Assembly: GCA_963977445.1 (NCBI GenBank)
Contig: CAXBPH010000023.1
Location: forward strand, 1 to 41,625
Origin: an uncultured bacterium
GTDB taxonomy: Bacteria > Hydrogenedentota > Hydrogenedentia > Hydrogenedentales > JAEUWI01
Direction of reading: 5' to 3'
Length of the DNA stretch: 41,625 nucleotides
In this document: positions 19,614 to 28,665 of the stretch, one piece after another
Layout: the number at the start of each line of letters is the position of its first letter
How positions within the stretch are numbered: position 1 is the stretch's first letter
Translations under genes and position numbers: made by a program
Notes under the pieces: model-generated
The model's database searches: none
What the model was told of the DNA's origin: nothing
The model's input: only the letters and a program-made list of their open reading frames with translations

Positions 19614-21721
19614 TGGGATTGCTCGCACCATGGCTTCTGGGTGGACTCGCCTTTCTGGCGGTTCCGTGGATTATCCACCGCAAGCGTAAGCCGCCGCGCA
19701 ACCCCACCCCCTTCAGCAGCCTCATGTTTGTGCCCGATGTGGCCCCCACGAGCAAGGCCCGTAAGCGTATTGAAAACCCCTGGCTCATGGCACTTCGGAT
19801 GTTGCTCCTGGCCCTGCTGGCCCTGGCCTATGCGCGACCCTTCAATTTTGCCGTGGCCTCCCTGGGCCCCGAGACGCAGATTGCGACGGCCCATGTGTTG
19901 TTGGTGGACGTCTCCGCGAGTATGTTGGCCGATGGCCAGCAGGCTGCCCGGGACGGGGCCCTTGCCACGCTGCTGGATAGCATAGGCGCGGAGGATGATG
20001 TGGCGGTCGTTATTTTTGACGATACCCAGGAAGTGCGGGTGCCCTTTGTGGCGGCCGGCGAGGCACCGCGCGACCAGCGGGCCCTGGCGGAAAAAGCGCT
20101 CCAGGATCTCCCGGAAGCTGCCGGTGGAACCGATTACCGTGGTGCCCTGGCAAAAGCCGAGTCCCTCTTTCGTGGCGTGCGTCAATCGGACGATGAACCC
20201 GTGCGCCAGGTGATACACCTGGTGAGTGACCTCCAACGGTCGGGGATGCCCTCCGATGGCACGTCCTTCACCCTGTCTGAGTCCACGGAATTGGATATTG
20301 TCGTTCTGGAACCCGAGTTGGCGATGAACGTTTCCGTTGCCGATGTGGCCCTGATTCCGGAGAAAAAGGAGCACCTGCTGGTCCGCGCCCGGGTGCAGAA
20401 CCACGGTGCGGCAGCCGTCGAATGTAGTGGGGCGTTGCTCATCGACAACGACGTGCTGGAAGAGCAAGCCCTCGTGTTGCCCGCTCTCGGGAGTCGAACC
20501 GTATCGTTTCGCGTGCCTGTAGATAGCACGCAAGAACACCGGGTTGCTGTTCAGGTGATGAAGTCCGACGCACTCACGGCGGACAACCAATTCTTCGCGG
20601 TGTATCGTCCGGAAAAACAACGGGAAATCGGTGTGGTGTTGGATGGCACCGACGCCGGGGTCGCTGGTGCGGCCCGCTTTCTCGCGGCCGCCGTCGCCGA
20701 GTCCCAACCCCTCCCGTGGACGTTAACGCCGTTACACGTTGAGGAGCGGCCGGACATCACCGCCTGGCCCGAAGTGCTTGTGGTGGTGGATAGCGGACTG
20801 GACGAGGTGTCGGCCCGCAAGATTGGGGCGTACGTGGCCCAGGGGGGACGGGTCTTGCTGATTCCCGGTACGAAAGGATTTGGCGCTGCCCTTACTTCGA
20901 CCTTGTTGCAGGAGACTGGCGTGACTGGTGCGGGGCGCCGCTTTGAGGCGGTGTCGGATTCTCAGTTTGCCACCTTTTCCTGGCTCAATTTTGAGAGTGC
21001 TCTGTTCCAGAATTTTCGTGATCCCGCCTACAGCGACTTCTCCATGGTTCGCTTTAACAACTTCTTCGCCTTTTCGGTGGAAGAATCGGAAACTACCCAG
21101 GTGCTGGCACGCCTCGAAGGTGAGCAGGTCGGTCGGGAGTATCCCGGACTCATCAGCGCCGAAGTGGCCTCCGGCCAGGTGGTGATTTGGACCTTCCCAC
21201 TGGACCCGGCCTGGAGCAACCTGACCCGTACACGGCGCTTTGTACCCGTGTTACACGAGAGCATCGCGCTCTTGCTTCCCCGTCTTTTCTCCGGCCGAAG
21301 TTGGCAAACGGGACAACGTGCAACGTCCCCCGTGGCGATGGACGTCGACGAAGTGGTTTTGCCCGGAGAAAGCGATGGGAACGGCCCGGATGAACTGGCT
21401 CCCGAACTGGCCCGCCTGGTGCAATCCGGTTATCTGGAATGGGCAGGCACCGATACGGCGGGGGAAAGCCGGGTGACCGAAGCGGTAAATCTGCCCTTCC
21501 GTGAGAGTGATGGCCACCGTTTTTCCGAAGAGGAATTTCGATTGCGTCTCGGGACGACGGCTCCGGCGGCGCTTGACGACACCGAAGGCGAAGGGCAGGT
21601 CGCCCAGGATGTAGTACACTGGGAACATGGTTATGCCGTGCTCGCCCTCCTGCTGGGTGCTTATGTAATGGAGGCGGGATTGTCGCTCTGGTTGGGGCAA
21701 CGGCAGCGCAGGGAGTCGTGA
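19610..21721 (+). CDS. BatA N-terminal domain plus vWA domain membrane protein
   Basis: Double-TM N-terminus (LAPWLLGGL..PWIIH..FSSLMF..LRMLLLALLALAYARP), MIDAS DVSAS / T / SD, Ig-like segment ending DALTADNQ, C-terminal TM. Confidence 0.88.
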   Translation: MMGLLAPWLLGGLAFLAVPWIIHRKRKPPRNPTPFSSLMFVPDVAPTSKARKRIENPWLMALRMLLLALLALAYARPFNFAVASLGPETQIATAHVLLVDVSASMLADGQQAARDGALATLLDSIGAEDDVAVVIFDDTQEVRVPFVAAGEAPRDQRALAEKALQDLPEAAGGTDYRGALAKAESLFRGVRQSDDEPVRQVIHLVSDLQRSGMPSDGTSFTLSESTELDIVVLEPELAMNVSVADVALIPEKKEHLLVRARVQNHGAAAVECSGALLIDNDVLEEQALVLPALGSRTVSFRVPVDSTQEHRVAVQVMKSDALTADNQFFAVYRPEKQREIGVVLDGTDAGVAGAARFLAAAVAESQPLPWTLTPLHVEERPDITAWPEVLVVVDSGLDEVSARKIGAYVAQGGRVLLIPGTKGFGAALTSTLLQETGVTGAGRRFEAVSDSQFATFSWLNFESALFQNFRDPAYSDFSMVRFNNFFAFSVEESETTQVLARLEGEQVGREYPGLISAEVASGQVVIWTFPLDPAWSNLTRTRRFVPVLHESIALLLPRLFSGRSWQTGQRATSPVAMDVDEVVLPGESDGNGPDELAPELARLVQSGYLEWAGTDTAGESRVTEAVNLPFRESDGHRFSEEEFRLRLGTTAPAALDDTEGEGQVAQDVVHWEHGYAVLALLLGAYVMEAGLSLWLGQRQRRES

Positions 21722-21725
21722 TGTC

Positions 21726-24700
21726 ATGAAAACACACACCCATAATCTACCTCCGGGACTCAGCGAAAACCTTATGGTGCTGTTGCGCCGCTATCGCCGA
21801 CACCGTATGCTGCGCTCTGCGCTTCGCCTGCTGATTCTAGGCTTTGTGCCCTCCATGCTTGCCGTGGGCCTTTGGGTCAGCGAGGCTCCGATCTCGACGA
21901 ACCATATCCTGATGGCGTGGGGAGGCATTGTCGCGATCATTGCGGTGTGGGCATTCTGGCCCGTCCTCACCCGACCGCTGAGTTTGCGGGATGTGGCCCG
22001 GGAGGTGGACCAGCGACACCCCGAATTGAAAGACCGGCTGCTCAGCGCAGTGGCCCTGACGGAAGGCCCCGATAGCAGCGGTGGTTCGGGCTGGATGCTC
22101 GAAGCCTTTTTCTCGGAAACCGAAAATGAGATGGCCACGGCCTCCCTCGATAATATTGTCCAGCAGGAAGAGGTGTGGTGGGCGGCGATGCTCAGCGTGC
22201 TGTGTCTTGCCGTCTATGCCATCGCAATGGGTGCCTTGTGGCAATTCCGTATCGAGATTCGTGCCAATCTACCCGAAGAGATTATGGAGCTGGCCACCCT
22301 GTCGCCATTGACCGTAAAGCCGGGTGACGTGACGGTGGTGCCGGGCGAAAATGTGGCCATCTGGGTTACCAGCAACGACACGGCGTCGGCCCGCCACATT
22401 TTCTGGGAAGCCGACGGCCAGGCCGACTCCGCCCTGATGACCAGTAGCTCGGGGCCCGAGCTTAGCTATCACCCCTTCGGCGGCATTGGCCAGAGCACCA
22501 CCTATTGGGTCGTCGTTGGCGATCAGGAGTCTGAGCATTTCACGATTACCGTGTTGGAGCCCCCCGATGTGGCATCGCTACAGGTCGGGTATGACTACCC
22601 GGACTACCTGGAACTCGCGGATAGGGTGGTGCCCTTCAGTGGCGACATTGCCGCCGTGGAAGGAACGGTGGTTACCCTTACGGCGAAGACCAACAAACCG
22701 GTCGTGCAGGCGCAACTGCGCTTTGAATCGGGGGCCGAGCTTGCGCTTTCCCCGGACGCCGAAGGCATGACCTGGACCGGCGAACTTACCCTCACGGCGT
22801 CGGACACGTACGAGATTGCCTTGCACGATGACGGTGGTGCGGAAAATCCCTATCCCGAAACCTACACGGTTGACGTGCAGCCTGATTTGCCGCCCAAGAT
22901 AACGGTACGCCTGCCGCGGGGTGACCGCGAGGCGCTGGCCTTGGAAGAGGTGGATTTCGCGTTTGAGGTGGTCGACGATTTCGGCGTGGTGGACTATGGT
23001 ATCGAATACACCATCGCTGGTCAGGAACCCACGCGCATTCCGTTGAATGCGGAGGGGGATATACGTCGAGAAATGGAGGAGGCCTATTTGCTTGCCCTGG
23101 AATCCATGGAGGTCACGGCAGGGGACTTGGTTACGTGGGCCATCTGGGCCGATGACCGGAAGCCGGGGCGTCTTTCCTATGAAACTCTCAGCGACCCGTA
23201 TTTTCTGGAGATCCGCCCGTATAGCCGTCGCTATCGCGAGCAACTGTCGCAAGCGGGACAGGGCGCGTCTTCGGGGCCGGGAGTGGAGCAGCGGGAAGTT
23301 GTCAATGCCCTCTGGAATCTTCGTAAATCGGCACCCACCCTCAGTGAAGAAGAGTTTGACGCGTCCAAGGAAAAAATACGTTCGGCCCAGCAGACGATTC
23401 GAGAGAAAGCAGCGGAAGAGTTGGCTGCAGGTCAGGGCGACGAGGCGATTCTCGAAGAGGCCATTAAGCACATGACCGATGTGGAGGAAAGCCTGGCCCG
23501 GGCGCTACTGCCGAAGCCGGACGACGCTCTTTCCAACGGAAACGATGCCGCACAGCAGGCGCTTCATAGTTTATTGAAGCTTGCCCCGGAAGAACGTCAG
23601 ATTGCGCGGACGGAAGGGCAAGGTTCGGGCAGTGGGTCGAATGCCGAGGAAATTGAAGAACTTGAACTGAGTAAGCGCAAGGATTACCAGGAGGAAGCCC
23701 GAACGGGACAGGAAGACGTGGCAGCGAGCGAGGCCCTTCGCAATGCCCTCGAAGAGTTGGCCCGCCGCCAGGAAGTCCTGAACGAAGACGTAGGCAAGAC
23801 CCTGGCGGAAAAGGAGCGTCTTTCCGAAGAAGAAAAGAAACGTCGTCTGGAGCGGTTGGAAAAAGAACAACAGCGCCAATTGGAATCTCTGGATAAACTG
23901 GCGAAGGAGATGGCGGAAAGCACCATGGATGCGTCGCAGCGGGAATCGGCTGCAGCCACCATGGAAGAGGCGCGGGAAGCCATGGAATCCAGCATGGAAT
24001 CGGTTCGCCAGGAGGCCCTGCAACAGGCGCGGGCTGCGGGCAGTCGTGCGGAACGTGCTTTGGAAGCCGCCGAAAAAAGTCTGGCCGAGTTGACCCGGGA
24101 AGATTCCCGGGAAGCCTTCGCAGGACTTCAGGAAGCGCTGGATGCATTGGCCGCACGCCACGAAGCGCTGGAAGCCGATCGGGATGCGCTCCGGGAAAGT
24201 CAGAGCGCCCCGGGGCTTCAGGATGCCGAGGCGGCCAACGAGCGCATGAACACCTATAAAGAAGAAAAATCCACCTTGGCGGAAGATACCCGTGGGCTGC
24301 TTGAAGACGCGGGGACCTTGTCGGATCAGGTGCGTGCGGAGCAGGGCTTTATCTCTCGAAAACTTGGCGATTGGGTACGGAAGACCAGCCGTACGGGCGT
24401 CGTTGAAGATATGCTCGAAGGACCCAAATTTGCGGAATATGGTATGTGGGATGCCGCCGGTATGGCCGATGCCAAGGTGGAAGAAAAACTGGAAGCGGCT
24501 CAGGCCGGCCTTGGTGAAGTCGCCGAAGCCTGGTTCGATGACCCCAATGGGGGGATGGCCCAGGCCTTGGAACGGCTGGCCGCCTTAGAGGATTCTCTGG
24601 CCGGCGAAGAGGCCGGTCCTGCTGATTCCGGGGCGGGCCAAGAAGGCACGGAGGACACCGGTCCGAACCCGAGTTCGAATGAAGGGGCACCGGCAGCAGC

Positions 24701-25352
24701 GGGTGCGCCGGGTGAAGGAAAAGCGCCCGGCAATGTCCCCGGTACCGATGGTGAGCGTCCAGGACAGACCCCCGGCACGGAGCCCGGAGAGGAAGGTGCT
24801 GGTGCCGATGGGCAGGCCGGCTCGCCCGGTGAAACGCCTGGTGAATCGCCCGGCATCACACCCGGTAGCCCTCCCGGAGAGACGCCGGGCACGACGCCGG
24901 GCAGCGGAAGCGGTCAGACCATGGCGGGCGGTGAGACGCCTGGCGGCGGCAACACGGGAGGCGATTTCGGTGCCCCGGGAGATCGACGCGGTGCTTCCCA
25001 GGGCGGTTTGGGTCAGGTATTGGACGAAGGCACGTGGCGTGGCGAGATAGCTGATGCGGCGGCCCTGTTGCCCCGGAATTCGGCAGAACGGGCCGCTGTA
25101 GAGCAGGTCGGAATGAACCTGGTGGAGCTTCAGCGCGCCTATGATGCCTCAAAATCCCTGCCGGAGCCCGAGGCCCTGGAGCAAGTGGTGCAACGGCCCT
25201 TGCGTGAAGTGATATCCCAGTTGGAGACCGCTATTGCCCGGGCGGAGAACCAGGAAGCCTGGATGGAAGACGACGGTGCCGTACCCGATACCTACGTGGA
25301 CCGGGTCGCTGAATACACACGACTTCTCGCGGAAAGTCCGGAGGCGCAATAA
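21726..25352 (+). CDS. Large membrane protein with Ig-like domains and long acidic coiled coil (DUF4175-like)
   Basis: Three N-terminal TMs, VAREVDQRHPELKDRLLSAV, YDYPDYL, DLPPKITV, VVDDFGV, coiled coil, Gly/Pro-rich linker, C-terminal VPDTYVDRVAEY. Confidence 0.82.
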   Translation: MKTHTHNLPPGLSENLMVLLRRYRRHRMLRSALRLLILGFVPSMLAVGLWVSEAPISTNHILMAWGGIVAIIAVWAFWPVLTRPLSLRDVAREVDQRHPELKDRLLSAVALTEGPDSSGGSGWMLEAFFSETENEMATASLDNIVQQEEVWWAAMLSVLCLAVYAIAMGALWQFRIEIRANLPEEIMELATLSPLTVKPGDVTVVPGENVAIWVTSNDTASARHIFWEADGQADSALMTSSSGPELSYHPFGGIGQSTTYWVVVGDQESEHFTITVLEPPDVASLQVGYDYPDYLELADRVVPFSGDIAAVEGTVVTLTAKTNKPVVQAQLRFESGAELALSPDAEGMTWTGELTLTASDTYEIALHDDGGAENPYPETYTVDVQPDLPPKITVRLPRGDREALALEEVDFAFEVVDDFGVVDYGIEYTIAGQEPTRIPLNAEGDIRREMEEAYLLALESMEVTAGDLVTWAIWADDRKPGRLSYETLSDPYFLEIRPYSRRYREQLSQAGQGASSGPGVEQREVVNALWNLRKSAPTLSEEEFDASKEKIRSAQQTIREKAAEELAAGQGDEAILEEAIKHMTDVEESLARALLPKPDDALSNGNDAAQQALHSLLKLAPEERQIARTEGQGSGSGSNAEEIEELELSKRKDYQEEARTGQEDVAASEALRNALEELARRQEVLNEDVGKTLAEKERLSEEEKKRRLERLEKEQQRQLESLDKLAKEMAESTMDASQRESAAATMEEAREAMESSMESVRQEALQQARAAGSRAERALEAAEKSLAELTREDSREAFAGLQEALDALAARHEALEADRDALRESQSAPGLQDAEAANERMNTYKEEKSTLAEDTRGLLEDAGTLSDQVRAEQGFISRKLGDWVRKTSRTGVVEDMLEGPKFAEYGMWDAAGMADAKVEEKLEAAQAGLGEVAEAWFDDPNGGMAQALERLAALEDSLAGEEAGPADSGAGQEGTEDTGPNPSSNEGAPAAAGAPGEGKAPGNVPGTDGERPGQTPGTEPGEEGAGADGQAGSPGETPGESPGITPGSPPGETPGTTPGSGSGQTMAGGETPGGGNTGGDFGAPGDRRGASQGGLGQVLDEGTWRGEIADAAALLPRNSAERAAVEQVGMNLVELQRAYDASKSLPEPEALEQVVQRPLREVISQLETAIARAENQEAWMEDDGAVPDTYVDRVAEYTRLLAESPEAQ
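24822..24905 (+). repeat. Intragenic degenerate 12-nt tandem repeat, 7 units encoding xPGx
   Basis: Translates SPGE-TPGE-SPGI-TPGS-PPGE-TPGT-TPGS. Confidence 0.7.
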
Positions 25353-27703
25353 GTGGGGGATGCAGTAACGGTACCTACGAAAACTATCTGGCTCGAATGG
25401 GGCGGCGTACTTGGTCCGTCGGGAGCGGCGCTCCTCGTCGTTGCCGTTGCCCTACTCGGCTGGGCTCTTTTGTGGCATTTCAGTGGTACCGACAAATTCA
25501 GACTTCGATTTACCCTGGTTGGCCTTCGATGGGCGGCTTTGCTGCTGCTCACCTTTCTCTTGCTGCGCCCCGTATTGGTCCGTGCCATCGCCGACAAATC
25601 AGATAGCGTCATTGCCATCCTCTACGACGATAGCGCCAGCATGACCGTGAGCGATGCTTCGGGCACGTCCCGCGCCGACCGGATGCTGGCGGCCCTGGAA
25701 GAAAACGGCCGGGCCTTTGATCGTGCGCTGGACGAGCAGTTTCATCGCATGGAATTTGCCTTTGGGCAGGATGTCCGGTCGCTGACCGCCAGGGATACCC
25801 TTAAATTCGACGAGCCCGCCACAGATGTGGCCGCCGCAACCCGTGCTGCGGTGGATGCGTGCCGGGGACTCTCACTTTCGGCGCTGGTCGTGCTCAGTGA
25901 TGGTGCCCCGTCGTCGGAGGCGGGTGCTGTCGACCTGTCTGCCTTCGAGGAACTCGGCGTGCCGGTCTATGCGGTGGGCGTGGAGGACAGGACGTGGCGG
26001 GATCTCGCCCTGAACGATGTTTCTATCAGTCGCAGTTTCATGGATGATGCCCCGGCGCGCAGGTAGACGCACAAGGCCTCGGTGGGGAGACCTTGGTCGT
26101 CGAAGTGACGCGCGAGGGACTGGTGGTTGCGACGGAGGAGCGAAGTATTGCTTCAGACGCGGCGGCCCATCAATTTCGCCTCGAAATTCCCCTTCACGAG
26201 CGGGATTGGCTCCGCTACGACGTGTCGGTGCGACTGAAAGATGCCGAGGACGTGAATACGGAGTTTGTCCGCCAAAACAACAGCCGTTCCCTTCTCTACG
26301 ACAACCGGGAAAAGGTCTTTCGCGTGCTGTATTTTGGTGGTCGACCCAACTGGCAACACAAATTTATCCTGCGCGCCCTCGAAGGCGACCCCGATGTGCA
26401 ACTCTCCAGCCTGGTACGGATTTCCGGCGCAGAGAAGAAGTTCGTCTTCCGAGGGCGTGACAGTTCCCTGGGCAATCCCCTGTTTGACGGGTTTGAAGAA
26501 GCGCAAACGCTGCCCCGCTACGACGAGGCCGTTTTTCTCCGGCTCGGGCTGGGCCCGGAAGAGCTTGCTGCAGGCTATCCATCGCACGCCGAAGATCTCT
26601 ATTCCTTTGACCTTATTATCTGGGGCGACATCGAAGCCGATTTCTTTGCCACCCCCCAATTGACCCTGACCCGGGACGCCGTGTCCGAGCGTGGTGCGTC
26701 GTTGCTGTTGCTCGGTGGTTCGGGCGATCCCTTCGACGCCCTGGCCGACACGGTCATTGCCCCCCTCATCCCGACGATGCCAAGGGGCTCGGCCATAGAA
26801 GCCGCTGACCGGCCGGATCGGATTGCCCCGACACCCGAAGCCTTTTTGACCGGCGTCTGGGCGCTCAACGGGGACCAGAAATTGAATGACCAGGCCTGGG
26901 ATGGACTGCCCGAGCTTCCCGACGTGCAGACACCCGGGCCGGCGCGCATAGGTGCCACCGTGATGGCTACTTCGGGTGAGCCGTCGGCAGATGATGAGGC
27001 CAGTCCCTTTCTGGTGTGGCAAAGCTATGGCCGCGGAACGGCGGCCCTGCTGGCCACGGGAGAGACATGGCCCTGGCACATGAAAACGGAGGGCACGAAT
27101 GGATCCCATGATCGCTTGTGGCGTCAATTGGTTCGGGCCCTGCTTCGCAACGTGCCCGACCGGGTGGCCCTGAAACGTAGCGGTGCGTCGACGGTGGTCG
27201 GCAGGGATAGAACGTTGGGTTGGTCCGTTCGTGATGAGGTCTTCGCCCCACTCGGCGGCGCGACCCTGCGTGTGACCGTGACGGAACCGGATGGCACCGC
27301 GACGGTGGTGCCTGCGCTGGAAGTCCTGGCGGAGCCCGGCAGTTACAACGCCGACATGACGCCTCCAACGGAAGGGATTTACCGCCTCCGCCTCGAAGGT
27401 GAAAATGGTGCGGGGGAGACGGTGCCGGAAACGGAGATGGCGGTTTTGGCAGAGCCGGACCGACGAGAATGGCGAACGCCCCGTTCCAACGAGGGGTTCC
27501 TAAAAGAGATAACCATGCGCACAGGCGGTTATTACGTTTCCCTGAATGAGTTGCAGGAATTGCCCGAGCGGATTGCGGCGCAGGAGGCAACGGTCTGGCG
27601 CTATGATCGCGCGCCCCTGTGGCACGCCCCGCCCTTTTATGTGGCCCTCTTGCTGCTGATGGCCACGGAATGGGCCGTGCGCAGAAAGGCAGGGAAACCA
27701 TGA
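25353..27703 (+). pseudogene. vWA plus GATase1-like membrane protein split by a -1 frameshift near 26060 (true lesion or assembly error)
   Basis: ORF 25353-26066 (2 TM, DDSAS MIDAS, LSDG, VPVYAVGV) stops mid Ig-like strand; the -1 frame is open from 26048 and reads AQVDAQGLGGETLVVEV...NNSR...RVLYFGGRPNWQHKFI to a C-terminal TM and stop at 27703. Confidence 0.8.
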
Positions 27704-28632
27704 GGGTACTGTCGCGCATAGGGATAATGTTCCTGCTGTTTTGCCTGGCGTGGACAACGGCCTCGGCCACGACCGAGTATTGCATTTTGCGGGGCGCGCC
27801 GGGTGACGACCAATTCGAGACCCGTTTTGATGCCTGGTCCATGCGGCTGCAGTCGGTGCTTGTCGATAAATTCAACGTACCCGAAGGCCAGATTCACCGT
27901 TACCCCCAGGAGGAATCGAGTCCACCACTGACCCGAGCGGCGGTGGGTGAGGTATTCAGCGATTTGTCCGACCGCATGGGGGAAGGGTCCCAGCTCGTTC
28001 TGGTGCTCATCGGCCACGGCAGCGGCCAGGGCGAAGCCCGATTTATGGTGGAGGGCCCGGATATTACGGCGGCGGACTTACGGACCTGGCTTGACGGATT
28101 GCCGACGGCGTCACAGCTGGTGGTGAATACCACGTCAGCCAGCGGTGCCTTCCTCGCGCCATTGAGCGGTGCGGGCCGGGTCATCTGCACGAGCACCCAG
28201 GGGGGCGGGGAACAAAATGCGCCCGAATTCATGGAACACCTGCTTCGCACCCTGGAAGAGGGCCGGGGCGACGCCGACAGGGACGGCAGACTTTCCTGGG
28301 CGGAATGGGTCAATGCGGCTTCAACGGGTACCCAAACGTGGTATGCGCACGAAGGCTATATCTCGACGGAGCACGCCCTGCTGGATGATGACGGTGACGC
28401 CGTGGGGGCGCGCCTGCCCCTGGAAGGTGGAACGGATGGACAACTCTCCCAGTCAACGTTTCTCGGTGAGGGTACCGTTCAGTTAACGTCGGACTATCGG
28501 GAGGCGATTGCGGCGGTGGAGGAATGGAAGAAGCAACGGGACTCGGTAGAAGCAACACCGTATTGGGATAGATTGGAGCAATTGCTCCTGGACGCGGCCC
28601 GCCGATATCCCCCAGCCGAATCTGCACCATAG
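27700..28632 (+). CDS. Exported hypothetical protein, possible caspase/legumain (clan CD)-like fold with EF-hand-like loop
   Basis: ATGA overlap with upstream stop; signal peptide; LVLVLIGHG, VVNTTSASGAF, GRVICTST, DADRDGRLSWAE. Fold call is inference. Confidence 0.7.
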   Translation: MRVLSRIGIMFLLFCLAWTTASATTEYCILRGAPGDDQFETRFDAWSMRLQSVLVDKFNVPEGQIHRYPQEESSPPLTRAAVGEVFSDLSDRMGEGSQLVLVLIGHGSGQGEARFMVEGPDITAADLRTWLDGLPTASQLVVNTTSASGAFLAPLSGAGRVICTSTQGGGEQNAPEFMEHLLRTLEEGRGDADRDGRLSWAEWVNAASTGTQTWYAHEGYISTEHALLDDDGDAVGARLPLEGGTDGQLSQSTFLGEGTVQLTSDYREAIAAVEEWKKQRDSVEATPYWDRLEQLLLDAARRYPPAESAP

Positions 28633-28665
28633 ACTTGGACCTGCAATCACTCTATAATCCTCCTA
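28630..28665 (+). promoter_or_regulatory. Sigma70-type promoter positioned for a leaderless transcript
   Basis: TAGACT (28630-28635), 17 nt, TATAAT (28653-28658), 6 nt, ATG (28665); no Shine-Dalgarno. Confidence 0.6.

Noticed and set aside
26017..26460. 147-aa ORF bridging the split gene, or programmed frameshifting
   Set aside because: Third-frame ORF lacks protein-like features; no slippery heptamer at the junction.
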